A DNA stretch of 64,000 nt, from positions 12,859 to 76,858 of IMG/VR virus record IMGVR_UViG_3300021964_000045, one strand, 5' to 3'. The notes under the pieces are model-generated. The model did no database searches, had not been told where the DNA came from, and saw only the letters and a program-made list of their open reading frames with translations. Of this stretch, positions 39,201 to 48,124 are shown piece by piece (within the stretch, counting starts at the first letter, position 1; each line of letters opens with the position of its first letter). The translations under genes were made by a program, and so were the position numbers. The stretch comes from a virus.

Positions 39201-42200
39201 TGCTGAGTTAGATAACTTAAAACCAGAAGACATTTTAAGTTTATACTCATTGCTTAATCAAAATCAAAAAGTTATAGACTTTAATGCAAAAAGCAATAAT
39301 ATATTAAATTTTGGTGAGCATAATTTAAAAACAACTTTCCCATTAGATGCTACGTTAGATCAAATTTTAAATCAAACAAAAACAAATTTAGACTCACGTG
39401 TTCTTAAAGGTGTTAGGGTAAAGCTTGAAACAACAGATGAAATGGTTGCTGGCCTTAAAATGGTTCAAGCATCTAAACCTGTTAATGCTCCATCTGATGA
39501 GTATAGTCAATTTGTTGATACTGGTTTTGTGTCACAAGAAACACTGGAAAGAATAGCTAATAAAGAAGCTAATAAACCCGGTTCTCTTACACTTGAAGAG
39601 CAAGCAATATATGCAGACAAAGTTGCTGAAATAAATAAAATATTACAGCAAAAAGCAAATGTTGAAATGCAAGAAGATATTGACTTGCAGGCTATGAGTG
39701 AAGAGCGTTATAATGAATATAAATCTAAAGACTTTAAAGATTTACCAAGAGAAATAAAAATTGGTATTGTAAATCAAGTTGTTCAGGAAGGTAGAGAATC
39801 TCTAACTGAAAGACAACAAGAAATACTAAAGGTTAACAATGATGAGCTTGAATTGCTTATCATGTCTAAGTCATATACTAAACCAGTTGAAGCTGAGGGT
39901 AAAACATTAGAGCAAGAAATAGCAGAGGTTGAGGAAGCAATAAAGAAAGAAAAGAAACGTATTGCCAATGAAGCTAAAAGAACAGGACAACATCAAGCTA
40001 CTTTAAGAAAAAATTCTAAGATTTATGTAAGCTTGGTAGATAAGCTTGATGAATTAGAAAAAAGAAGTACTGATGAAAGTGCATTTAAAATACTTGATCC
40101 TTCTGAGACTTTACAGAAAGAGGAATCTATTGATGAGTTTTTAGAATGGGCTGCTGTAAACTTACCTGACTTTATTAAAATTAAAGACTTGTCTGAGATT
40201 AAGACACGTTTAAAAAGTACAGGTACAACAGTAGGTCAGTTTACAATGGCTTTAAGAAATATTGCAGGAGGCCTTAGTGTTGAAGGTACAATTTACACTG
40301 GACCATCTAACGGTATAGGTTATCATGAGTCTTTTCATGCTGTATTTAGAATGCTGCTTACTACAGAAGAGCAAAATAATTTATTGAAACTTGCCAAAGA
40401 TGAGGTAAGAAAGAAATTTAAAACATATAAAGCTCTTCAGGAAGACATAAGCAAATTTGCAAACAGACATCCTAAGTATAGACAGTTGTCAAAAGCTGCA
40501 TTAGAACGTGAATACTTAGAGGAGTATATGGCTGATCAATTTCAGGCATTTAAAACAAATCCAAGAAGTACAAAAACTAGTTCAACAATTAAGAGTTTCT
40601 TTAACCGTGTTGTTGAATGGATTAAGTCTGTATTAAAGTCTTTTAGAAAAAATGAACTTGATTTATTTTATGAAAGAATAGACGCTGGTAAATACAGAAA
40701 TACTCAAATATTAGATAATCAATATACTAATTCATTAGAATCTGGAGTAGCAATAGATGCATTTAAAGCAATACCTTATAAGATCATTAGAGGTACTAAA
40801 TTAAAATCAGCTAAATACTTAGATCCTGCCAAAGCAGATATGCTTACAAGAATGATTGGACAAGTATATGTTACAAGAAGAGGTGATTCAAAGTATAGTG
40901 AATTACAAGATGAGGAACTATTATCTGCAACAATTATTGATTTTGCAGATTTATATGATTCAGAAAAAGATATCTATGCAAGTCTTTCTGATGTTGATTT
41001 AGATACTGTTGAACAGTTAAATGAAGCCCTTAATCTTCAAGAAGGTAAAGCTGTTAAAGAATCAGTAACTAAGTATCTTGATATTTTGAATCTTAAGTTT
41101 GATGAGATGGATGATCAAATTGAGGAAGATGAAGATGATTATGGTTCAAGAAAAGTAGGTGATTATACAAAAGATGCAAATCAAACAGGTGGTTATAATT
41201 CAGCTACAAAAGAAGTTAGAACATTTATAGCAGGTGTATCTATTGATTCTAAAGATATGTTTGGTAATGTAGAGTTACAGGACGGTACACCAATAAGAGT
41301 ACCTGTTAACCATATAGACGTTTATAACGGTCTTATGTTGGCTGGTATGAATGAAACAAGTGACAGTAAGATGTTAGAGAAGTTGTATTATTTTTCACGT
41401 AGAAATGAAAATACAGCTGCAGTAATTGATGAGTTGTTTAGAGTAACTGGAATTGACATAAATGAATTTAAAGAAACTGGTCAAATACCAAATAAAATAG
41501 ATAACTCAATGTTGTTTAATCAATTCATGACAACATTTAAAAATGCTAGATTTGATTACATCTTTCAATTAACTGATCCTACTACAGGAAAAGTTAGAAT
41601 TATTTCAGCTTCCAATAGAGATGCAGCAAATGCACAAATAGACTATTGGAAAAAAATATTTAATGATAAGTTTGAAATATTTAGAACAGATAATGCAAGT
41701 GTAAGACAAGCTGTATCTGGAGTTGCCATGCTTTCAAAAGATATGGAAAAGAAAAAGATTACAAATAAAGATTTAAAAGCTAAATCATTATTGTATTCTA
41801 AACTTATTAGTGAACAGCTGGGTATAAAGTTAAGTCCTTTATATATAGAAATAAGTATTGCAAATAACCTATCAGGTAAATTAACCAAGTATCAAGAAAC
41901 TCTTATTGATATGGGTAAAAATGCAAGATTACTTAGAAGAGAAGATTTAACTTTAATTACTACTAAGCTTACAGGTAAAGAAAAAAGCACAGGTAAACCA
42001 TTACCAGAAAATTTATTTATTGATGACTCAGAAAGAGGTTTAAGTTCAAGGTTAAAACAAATAGCATTAGGTAATGCATTATTTGATGAGACAGTTGGTA
42101 ATACAGTTTTTGAAGATCCTGAAAGAAACTTAATATATGCACATCAAAATCAGACATTTCATTCAAGAAGAATGATTGAGTTGTCAGATGATGCTGTAAT

Positions 42201-45200
42201 TAGAAAATTACAAGAACAGTTTCCAGATAACACACTTCTTAATTCTGAAGCATTTTTAGAATTGAGTACATCAAAGCAATTACAATTAATCAGAACCGCT
42301 GGTTCTAACATGCTTGCTGAAAATGTAGAATCAATGGATCTACAAGAAGCAGATGACTTATCAAGACAATCTGTACAAGGTACAAAGTATGGTAAGTTTA
42401 ATTCAGTTGAATTCACAAGCAACTTAATAAATAGCTACTTTGAAAGATTCAATACTAAATCAAATAAAGTTGAGACAGCAGCAAATACTGCATTAGCTCC
42501 TGTATTTATAAGGCTAATTGAGTCATCAAATACTGGTGATAGTGTTGGACTTCCTGTTATTAAAGCCGTTAAACTAAGTTCAGATGGTAAAGATGTTGTA
42601 CTAACACCAGAAGCATTTGATCAGTTTGTAAATAGACTTAGAACAGAGTACAATATTATACAAAAAAATAATCAAGACTATGATAAAAATGGTCCTGGTA
42701 ATATTAAAGGTTATAATGATAGTAAGAATGGACGTGGGTTTAAGTTCTTTAAAGGTGATTCTCTTATAAGCAAAGAAACACAAGCTGAATTAATTAAATC
42801 AGCAGTTGAAGGTAAAACCTTTGATGAAGTATTTGGTAAAGAATACAAGACAGAATTGAATAATATAATTAAAGACTATATTAAAGAATTCCAAGGTCTA
42901 GCTCAAAAAGCAAGATTAACTACTTCACAACATGTCAAAGGTATATTCCCAGATACAGAAAAAGCTTCATCTAGTATGGAAAAGCTAAATGTATTTAGAA
43001 AGAATGAACCTGCCAACTTAGCTCAAATATTTATAAGCAATTGGTTAAACACAATGGCTATTAATGAACTGATATTAGGTGAAGAAGCTAAGTTGTTTAA
43101 AGATGCAGTGATAGATCCTATTAAAAGAGCTAAGATGCAAAACGCAGCTCATGATTCTATTGCTTTTGATTTCTTACCAAAGGATGATAGCTTAGGTATA
43201 TCTCATACACTTGGTAGAGAATCTATTGGTTTATTTACATTTACTGATCCGGCTACAGAAGACGGTGGTGATAAAGCTGATGCACAATCTTATCAAACAG
43301 CTAAAGGTGCTCGTTACTCTGCATATGGATTAGGTAGTTTAAATAGTGCATTAGCTAAGATGTATGATGCTATTGATAACGGGGAGAGTGTTGATAATGA
43401 TTGGTTTAGTACATATCTAAAACAACATCCTAAACATGCTCCTTTAAATTCAAAGAAATATGTTTTTGGTAATGGTCAAACATTTATCAAAACATCTACA
43501 GTTGTCTTAACAAAAGAACTTACTTCTTATAAAAATGAAGAAGGTGCGTGGGTGGCTAAAGTAGGAATGGAAAGACTACACAACTTACGTGAAAACATGG
43601 AAAGGTGGGAGTCTCAAAATGATGGTAAGATTGCAATTGCTGCTCCTGAGTCAGCAGTTAAAATGCTAAAACAAAATGTAATTGATAATGAAAGCATGAC
43701 AGCTGAAACAATGGTTTTAAATGAAGAGCATGTTACTTTATTGGATGCCAAAGATTTTGGTAGACAGATGGTAAATCCTTCAAACAAACTTTTGATGACG
43801 GATGCTAGTCAAATTAAAACTATTATAACATCTGAGCAAGCAGTACTAGATAAAGACTTTAAAGTTGTAATTGATGGTGAAGAATTACCAATTGCTGATG
43901 TGGTAAAAGAATATCATAGATTTACAGCTGCTGGTGTTAACTTTGAATACAGTGATAAAAAGAATTTAATATTTGATTTACTACCTCACTTGGAAGAGAG
44001 TGTATTAGAGCAAATGGATATTGAACCAAATTTATATTCTTTTATTAAGACAGCACAAGCAAATTTAAAATCATCTGCTGCAAGTAGTACGGAAGTAGAA
44101 TTCTTTACAGAAGAAGATGGAAAACCTAAATATGAATTAAACAATCCAATAACAAGTCAGAAGTTTGAACAGTTCTTTATGGCATACTTTAGCAAAAAAG
44201 TATTAAGTCAAAAAGTACCAGGTGTAACACTTGCATTAATGTCTGACTTTGGAGTACCTGTTATTAGAGAGATTTATTCTTTTGACACAACAGGTAGACC
44301 GGATAAACAAAGAGTTGTTAGAAGAAAAAATTCTAATCAGTATAATGGTCAAAATCTATTAGACATAACCAATGCTGAAGATTTAGAATTGGCAAAACAA
44401 CAACTTGAATCAGATCCTTCTAAACCAATTGTTGTTTTAGATAGATTACGCTATGACATGAAAGAATATGACATGGTTAATCCAAATGATCCTTCAACTT
44501 GGGTGGCAACTAATATTAGATATGCTGAGACACTTATGCCTGCTCATCATGAAGACGTGATGCGTCATTTAGAAAATAAAAACATTAAGGATCTACCTGA
44601 TTCTGTAGCTAAAATGTTTGCTGTTAGGATACCTACACAAGATAAGCATTCTTCAATACCTTCAAAGGTTGTTGATTTTTTACCTGTCTTTTATGGGTCA
44701 ACTGCAATATTCCCTGAAGACTTAATTAAAGTATCAGGAGCAGATTTTGATATTGATAAAGTATATGCAGCAATTAAAGAGTGGTATTATAAAGACGGTA
44801 AGTTTACTGAATATGGTACCAGAAAAGGCTCTGAAGGATTTGCTGATTATATTAGATATACAAACAAAAAAGTTGCTGAAAGAGGTAGTAACTTAAATGA
44901 AGCTTTATTAAAGTATAATGCTGGAGGTCTAGCAGCTGAAGTTGAAAGTAAATCAATTGAAGAAATAATGGATCTTTTAACATTAGGTTATAGCCCTGAA
45001 GCAATTGATGCTTCTATTATGCTTGGACTACCTATTACAGAAAAAGAATATAATAAGTATATTAAAGATAATGGAGTAGAACCATATAAAGCTTCTATTA
45101 CAAATAAATTAGTTAGCTTAAAATATTCACTTGTAGGAAATACTAAACTTACAGAAACAACAGATGGCTCTGTTCCTGTATCATACCAGCCTGCAGATAT

Positions 45201-48117
45201 TGAAGCTGTTAAAGAAGTGTGGGAAAGCTTAAGTAATCGTTTTGAAATACTTAAGACTTATACTAAAGATGGTGACATGTCAATTGATAATTTGATAGGT
45301 CAATTCTACAGTCACAAAAATGTTAAAGAAAACTCAGGTCTTATTGGAGCTGTTGTACCACCTGCTACAATCATTAACTTTTTAAAGGAAATGAATGTTT
45401 CTTCAGAATGGTTTAGTTTAGATGTAGATGGTATATCCTATAATAGATTTACTAATAAAAGTGAATCAGATAGAACACACTATATAATATCTAATTTAAT
45501 TACGCTTGCAACAGATGATGCAAAAGAACGTTTGCTGAGTAAACTTGGATATAACAAAAAAGGAATAAAGCTTGTTTTGGCTATGGTTTCTTTTGGTATT
45601 CCATTAGAGCAAGCATCAATGCTCGTTAATGTAAAAGCTGTAAGAGAAATTCTTGAAGAAAGTGAATCACCAATGAGTGATATTAGAGTAGCAAGAAAAG
45701 ATCTTTTAAAACGAAATGTTGAAGCTAAGCCTGTAACAACTGCTTCATTAGGTAAAGGTATAGAAGGAGATGTATCTGATCAAGAATTATTAGGTTTATT
45801 AAATCTAGTAATTCAAGCAGATGCACTATCTGGTGAAATAGATAATTTGCAAGCAATATTTAGTTTGAATAAAGGTTTTGGAAAAGACTTTTCATCTTTA
45901 ATGAATGTAGATGATTCAATAGATAAAGCAGGATTGTATTTATCTAATCAAGAAATGCAAGATTCTATTTCAAACAAACAAAGAATATTTGATTTAAGAA
46001 ATGCTTTTAGCACAGACTTATCAAAAGATAAACCAGTGCGTCACTACATTGGAGAATACATAAGAATATTTGAAGACTTTAAAAGAAATGTATTACCTGA
46101 AGTATTTACTTCTCAGAGTCCTGATTTTAAACGTATTCTTCAAGGAGTATTAAGCTACACTAAAATTGTTGGTGGAAAAGAAGGAGCTAAAGTAAAAGCT
46201 CAAATTCAAAAAGACATGCTTTCTTACTTTACAATTAAGGCTTATATGAAAGACTTATTTGATAGAGAAGCAGGATCTCTTGTTGGTGGTTCATTAACAA
46301 ATGAATTTTTGTATCCAAGTGAAAACAGTGACTTTAATATTACTACAGTATTTAAGGATCTTAAGAATAACTTTAATACAGGTGATAATTATTTTCTTGA
46401 CTATTTTGTATTTACAAAAACTGTAAAGTCAGAGGATAATAAAACAGGGATGAATATTGCAACTACAAGAAGCTTTGGTAAATTAAGTGACAATGAAAAA
46501 GTAAGAATACAAAATGGTTTTCAAGCCCTTTACGGTGATATCAAAACAAGAAAGGAAGCTGTGCATATACTTCATTATATAATGGCCAAAGACGGTTTAA
46601 GTTTGGCAGCAGGTAGTTTGTTACAAGCTATTACACCATTTGGTTTAGAAAAATATTTAGGGGCAAGTACTGAAGTGTTTAAAACATTTAAAGGACAAAA
46701 TAAATTTGAGGATGTATTTGGTCAAAGCTTACAAGAATTAAGTTTAGATTTTATAAATAACTATGGTATGTCTGCTTCTTTTGCTAGTAATATAAAAGCT
46801 GACTATACTGTTTTTTCTAAAAATTCTGGATACTCAACTAGAGCTGATAAAGATAGATTAACAGTTGTTAGATCAGATAAAGATTCAGCACCTATGATAT
46901 TTCCTAAATTTATTTTTAGAGAAACTAAAAATCCAATTGGAGTTCAAAAACAATATTATAAGTTAGTAAGTGGAAGTTTAAAAGAAAATGAAGTATCTGT
47001 TGACAATATAGACGCTTCTCTATTGACAGAAGGTCTTTATGAAAAGTTTGATTTAGAAGGTTCTTATTATCAAAATGGAATAGGATTTATTTTTGATAAT
47101 GAAAATTTTAAAAGACCAAAGACATTTGAGTTATATACAACAGATAGATTTGATGCAGTAGATGTAAACTTTGATACGACTACTATTCCGGATGATGTTA
47201 CAATGCCAGAAGGTATTTCTGAATTAAGTAGTTTAAATAATGTAAATAGAGTTGCAACAGAAAAAGGTATTGAAGTTGGAGGAAAAAATATTGCAGATAT
47301 TACAGATAAAGATATACCAGAGGGAATTAAAGATGCTGCTGATAAATTGCTAGCATTTACTAAAAAAGGTTCACCAGCAACACAAACTAGTGGGGTTACT
47401 ATAAATAATAAAAAATGGACTAAAGATTCTCCAAAAGAAAACCTTAATACTGCTTATGTATTTACAGAGAATATAAACTCAATAGGAGATACTAGAGTTG
47501 GAGGAGGCTCTGCTGTAATTAGAAATAATCCTAATGCCGTTGGTATAGTAACTAAGAAGTATTATACATATAAAGAAAATAGGGATGCTAATAATAAAGA
47601 GCAATGGAATGCTAACTTTCAAGATACAGATGCTGATTTTGAATTATTTAAGAAAGTTAACTTAGAACAATTTGCTAAATTAGATAAATTTGATTCTAAA
47701 ATATTTCCAGATTCTTTTGCTAATTCTTTGGCTGCTGTACCTAATAGATTTGCGTTATGGCTTCAGAATGAATTACAAACTAGATATGGTTTAGTTACTG
47801 AAGTAAACAGTAAAGGAACGGGTCTAATATCTAAATCTGTACAGCCAACACAACCAACACAACAAACTAGTGAAGTTGAAACTGGTCAGTTAGATTTGTT
47901 TGATGTTAGTGAATTGCAATCATTAGGTTTACCTTTGACAGATAATTTTAGTATATTGCTGGAAGATTTAAAAACAACACCTGGGGCAATTCAAAAAATG
48001 AAAGAAGATGGTGTTAATATATCAGATTTAAATTCTCTTAAAGAATCATTTAAGAAGAGTGCATTTACAGAAGAATCACAATATGAAGAGCACTTGAGAA
48101 AGTGTTACTTAAAATAA
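33289..48117 (+). CDS. Giant virion protein with crAss-type two-barrel RNA polymerase and zincin motif (4942 aa)
   Basis: VRIPTQ...GADFDIDK (DFDID at 44743-44757, about aa 3819) is the catalytic motif of crAss-like virion RNAPs; YHESFHAV (40324-40338) is a zincin HExxH; N-terminal Gly/Ala hydrophobic helices. Confidence 0.88.
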   Translation: MQDSNIQTDPIYQPDDFQFQPIDEMFDLDFDAESVQGMGDYMKNLEALAPAMNQYAMPLDLPISKHNSPKPGFDNFESFKKVFNSPTPFLGGEQQMKLQDPIISGIKSSSYDRYARMDAFDKLGWRPDMDMESYYNANTTGWDDFKRSWGPWWTNFSSGFTSAARSWGDLFSGDESYWTSADLEGATAMSEANRLGASTRGGTTGFLVNLNLNAAQTLGTISEIAAEELALAAAGAALTSTGAGAPAGIGAFVAGTGKNFVKGIKSIGNIFDITRTVRLGKDVLSTLRTADKAKDFWSVAKAGGRLAGDFFTPELRATLKSFKSSESAARGLSNLAKTSKSFGAFYRDARAINLTMSESKLEAGFAYQDMFAENVERVMRENGGAQLTPEQLNDINIEALKAATNSVLFNAPAIFITNKIVLGKALGGFSPQLRRIFNKVGNSKNIVRKTTVQNFIKNRAAGKTAGKLFQETSNKSVIGKLFGWNKLKALGVKGSLKYTAGGILRYSAGGLSEGLQEVYQEGVAVGLVDYHSALLDTPNANRHDLQKAAMMAGIDSQTTGQGFETFLSGFLMGGLVQGPQRLMFEVLPSYIQEKRNPKDYAEYKKQRDEFVDKVNDIAEEVAKDPANFMSSSKLNFFSQKQSEDDGDKHMFEDSELGLRDSNDDSFIMNAHHMVANGTEGLYIEQLEDIQKLSDEALIEAYPNQKEDIESGKFKERVDKSIERIKNFKKDYDASFNIIENPYAFKQFEQGSKEYNIALAKYSAVEHGRLLYLLSKESFKSAANRRDAIEQALKLTTAEGSADVNDLTPLLAVDSIQREVALLSSEIEALENAENIDKTILDSKKDKLVALTGYLVTLQSIEDKEAGVYDRDKMEVLKTPLKAYIESVSKNVLLDDEKLSYLVKQLVDHSYLDKRAQVYARSVSMFSDQAKFTEMSDRLSEVFLTRFNNIKRDFKASVIKGMQNQERVSLLEALAAIGSENKNGGVYAETEQSVKFMETGDASVLVDFYTEAGKVFKSNSNELYGKIQTLIDNYNRVKFESEKSDVKAEETKTDVNKKDTSTDKKSELNDYLKLSSDSPILNVEDGIDILKENESPFSKLLLEDLYSRYKQQQRIAKEPIVSKADWINTTEGTNAVAALEKLKGIWLASESNKALTDQAKNNIAKSEEGFQEWILSQKDDASVYRSLEFGGLKATDVERNETNEGFDSVVEDNPLLEWADKGPGVNILKKEIASIDSIDDEDVSDVRETIYTLTDNSGNRVSDDLLDLAGLDRAAFTDFQQAVDAFEELKKVIPDTTPFNFDGVTLKNLDVVEDANGNKFRVLGTASSANNGAKLELISLEKQDTEGVDKALSSFTVEQSGFSDLYTKVEETFEGVKLSANAVKLLPSEVNGIYPKSFGPFGTDTDVDMRFNKVLSLLSPEQLSTLEIKIRPNPNQSSNFLRAGDDTTENKLIVRGDKYTMEVVIPENMREGILERMDGFSYPENWDGAIGFVRNDHFRFTNNGNQNDIVEINQLEDKVIERYITPDGVSVSEMKQEMLKQKYLTLKIDELMKDKTNATITMADLESLNFSFKVTGGQYEDTNSYDTTYDNLDQNKYDGHKIVIVNTRNVDSIGERFETDIEDPQEHLAFVEKVISELESTPVEGGDANMYQKAISKGGYVGIIKDPLTGKIVLARLVPRNLEVDERNELFTELITKAKEVRDSKTGTQPKQTTEAESLKAVQILYQGIYGTPYQQNVGGPGLVKLEVEVEEEQDQNYVGIKFVTTIISKKGNSIKQNEKRYVTAEQFINEFNLTDEELDNTKPATKESGSQSIPLTKEDGERRIAEYGQEKLKLEKVGSGYGMPLRTYLQLMEEESTGKITVLSIRKDTANGNTFISIVGPYGPLDIQVNREPASIKQAAKSQQASKAETTKSSMPLFDWNKQFNNKFFSATNPTEKTYLDLQVTKSGDIVLRVKVGAKGSTLTAMQSFKSAELDNLKPEDILSLYSLLNQNQKVIDFNAKSNNILNFGEHNLKTTFPLDATLDQILNQTKTNLDSRVLKGVRVKLETTDEMVAGLKMVQASKPVNAPSDEYSQFVDTGFVSQETLERIANKEANKPGSLTLEEQAIYADKVAEINKILQQKANVEMQEDIDLQAMSEERYNEYKSKDFKDLPREIKIGIVNQVVQEGRESLTERQQEILKVNNDELELLIMSKSYTKPVEAEGKTLEQEIAEVEEAIKKEKKRIANEAKRTGQHQATLRKNSKIYVSLVDKLDELEKRSTDESAFKILDPSETLQKEESIDEFLEWAAVNLPDFIKIKDLSEIKTRLKSTGTTVGQFTMALRNIAGGLSVEGTIYTGPSNGIGYHESFHAVFRMLLTTEEQNNLLKLAKDEVRKKFKTYKALQEDISKFANRHPKYRQLSKAALEREYLEEYMADQFQAFKTNPRSTKTSSTIKSFFNRVVEWIKSVLKSFRKNELDLFYERIDAGKYRNTQILDNQYTNSLESGVAIDAFKAIPYKIIRGTKLKSAKYLDPAKADMLTRMIGQVYVTRRGDSKYSELQDEELLSATIIDFADLYDSEKDIYASLSDVDLDTVEQLNEALNLQEGKAVKESVTKYLDILNLKFDEMDDQIEEDEDDYGSRKVGDYTKDANQTGGYNSATKEVRTFIAGVSIDSKDMFGNVELQDGTPIRVPVNHIDVYNGLMLAGMNETSDSKMLEKLYYFSRRNENTAAVIDELFRVTGIDINEFKETGQIPNKIDNSMLFNQFMTTFKNARFDYIFQLTDPTTGKVRIISASNRDAANAQIDYWKKIFNDKFEIFRTDNASVRQAVSGVAMLSKDMEKKKITNKDLKAKSLLYSKLISEQLGIKLSPLYIEISIANNLSGKLTKYQETLIDMGKNARLLRREDLTLITTKLTGKEKSTGKPLPENLFIDDSERGLSSRLKQIALGNALFDETVGNTVFEDPERNLIYAHQNQTFHSRRMIELSDDAVIRKLQEQFPDNTLLNSEAFLELSTSKQLQLIRTAGSNMLAENVESMDLQEADDLSRQSVQGTKYGKFNSVEFTSNLINSYFERFNTKSNKVETAANTALAPVFIRLIESSNTGDSVGLPVIKAVKLSSDGKDVVLTPEAFDQFVNRLRTEYNIIQKNNQDYDKNGPGNIKGYNDSKNGRGFKFFKGDSLISKETQAELIKSAVEGKTFDEVFGKEYKTELNNIIKDYIKEFQGLAQKARLTTSQHVKGIFPDTEKASSSMEKLNVFRKNEPANLAQIFISNWLNTMAINELILGEEAKLFKDAVIDPIKRAKMQNAAHDSIAFDFLPKDDSLGISHTLGRESIGLFTFTDPATEDGGDKADAQSYQTAKGARYSAYGLGSLNSALAKMYDAIDNGESVDNDWFSTYLKQHPKHAPLNSKKYVFGNGQTFIKTSTVVLTKELTSYKNEEGAWVAKVGMERLHNLRENMERWESQNDGKIAIAAPESAVKMLKQNVIDNESMTAETMVLNEEHVTLLDAKDFGRQMVNPSNKLLMTDASQIKTIITSEQAVLDKDFKVVIDGEELPIADVVKEYHRFTAAGVNFEYSDKKNLIFDLLPHLEESVLEQMDIEPNLYSFIKTAQANLKSSAASSTEVEFFTEEDGKPKYELNNPITSQKFEQFFMAYFSKKVLSQKVPGVTLALMSDFGVPVIREIYSFDTTGRPDKQRVVRRKNSNQYNGQNLLDITNAEDLELAKQQLESDPSKPIVVLDRLRYDMKEYDMVNPNDPSTWVATNIRYAETLMPAHHEDVMRHLENKNIKDLPDSVAKMFAVRIPTQDKHSSIPSKVVDFLPVFYGSTAIFPEDLIKVSGADFDIDKVYAAIKEWYYKDGKFTEYGTRKGSEGFADYIRYTNKKVAERGSNLNEALLKYNAGGLAAEVESKSIEEIMDLLTLGYSPEAIDASIMLGLPITEKEYNKYIKDNGVEPYKASITNKLVSLKYSLVGNTKLTETTDGSVPVSYQPADIEAVKEVWESLSNRFEILKTYTKDGDMSIDNLIGQFYSHKNVKENSGLIGAVVPPATIINFLKEMNVSSEWFSLDVDGISYNRFTNKSESDRTHYIISNLITLATDDAKERLLSKLGYNKKGIKLVLAMVSFGIPLEQASMLVNVKAVREILEESESPMSDIRVARKDLLKRNVEAKPVTTASLGKGIEGDVSDQELLGLLNLVIQADALSGEIDNLQAIFSLNKGFGKDFSSLMNVDDSIDKAGLYLSNQEMQDSISNKQRIFDLRNAFSTDLSKDKPVRHYIGEYIRIFEDFKRNVLPEVFTSQSPDFKRILQGVLSYTKIVGGKEGAKVKAQIQKDMLSYFTIKAYMKDLFDREAGSLVGGSLTNEFLYPSENSDFNITTVFKDLKNNFNTGDNYFLDYFVFTKTVKSEDNKTGMNIATTRSFGKLSDNEKVRIQNGFQALYGDIKTRKEAVHILHYIMAKDGLSLAAGSLLQAITPFGLEKYLGASTEVFKTFKGQNKFEDVFGQSLQELSLDFINNYGMSASFASNIKADYTVFSKNSGYSTRADKDRLTVVRSDKDSAPMIFPKFIFRETKNPIGVQKQYYKLVSGSLKENEVSVDNIDASLLTEGLYEKFDLEGSYYQNGIGFIFDNENFKRPKTFELYTTDRFDAVDVNFDTTTIPDDVTMPEGISELSSLNNVNRVATEKGIEVGGKNIADITDKDIPEGIKDAADKLLAFTKKGSPATQTSGVTINNKKWTKDSPKENLNTAYVFTENINSIGDTRVGGGSAVIRNNPNAVGIVTKKYYTYKENRDANNKEQWNANFQDTDADFELFKKVNLEQFAKLDKFDSKIFPDSFANSLAAVPNRFALWLQNELQTRYGLVTEVNSKGTGLISKSVQPTQPTQQTSEVETGQLDLFDVSELQSLGLPLTDNFSILLEDLKTTPGAIQKMKEDGVNISDLNSLKESFKKSAFTEESQYEEHLRKCYLK

Positions 48118-48124
48118 AATAATA

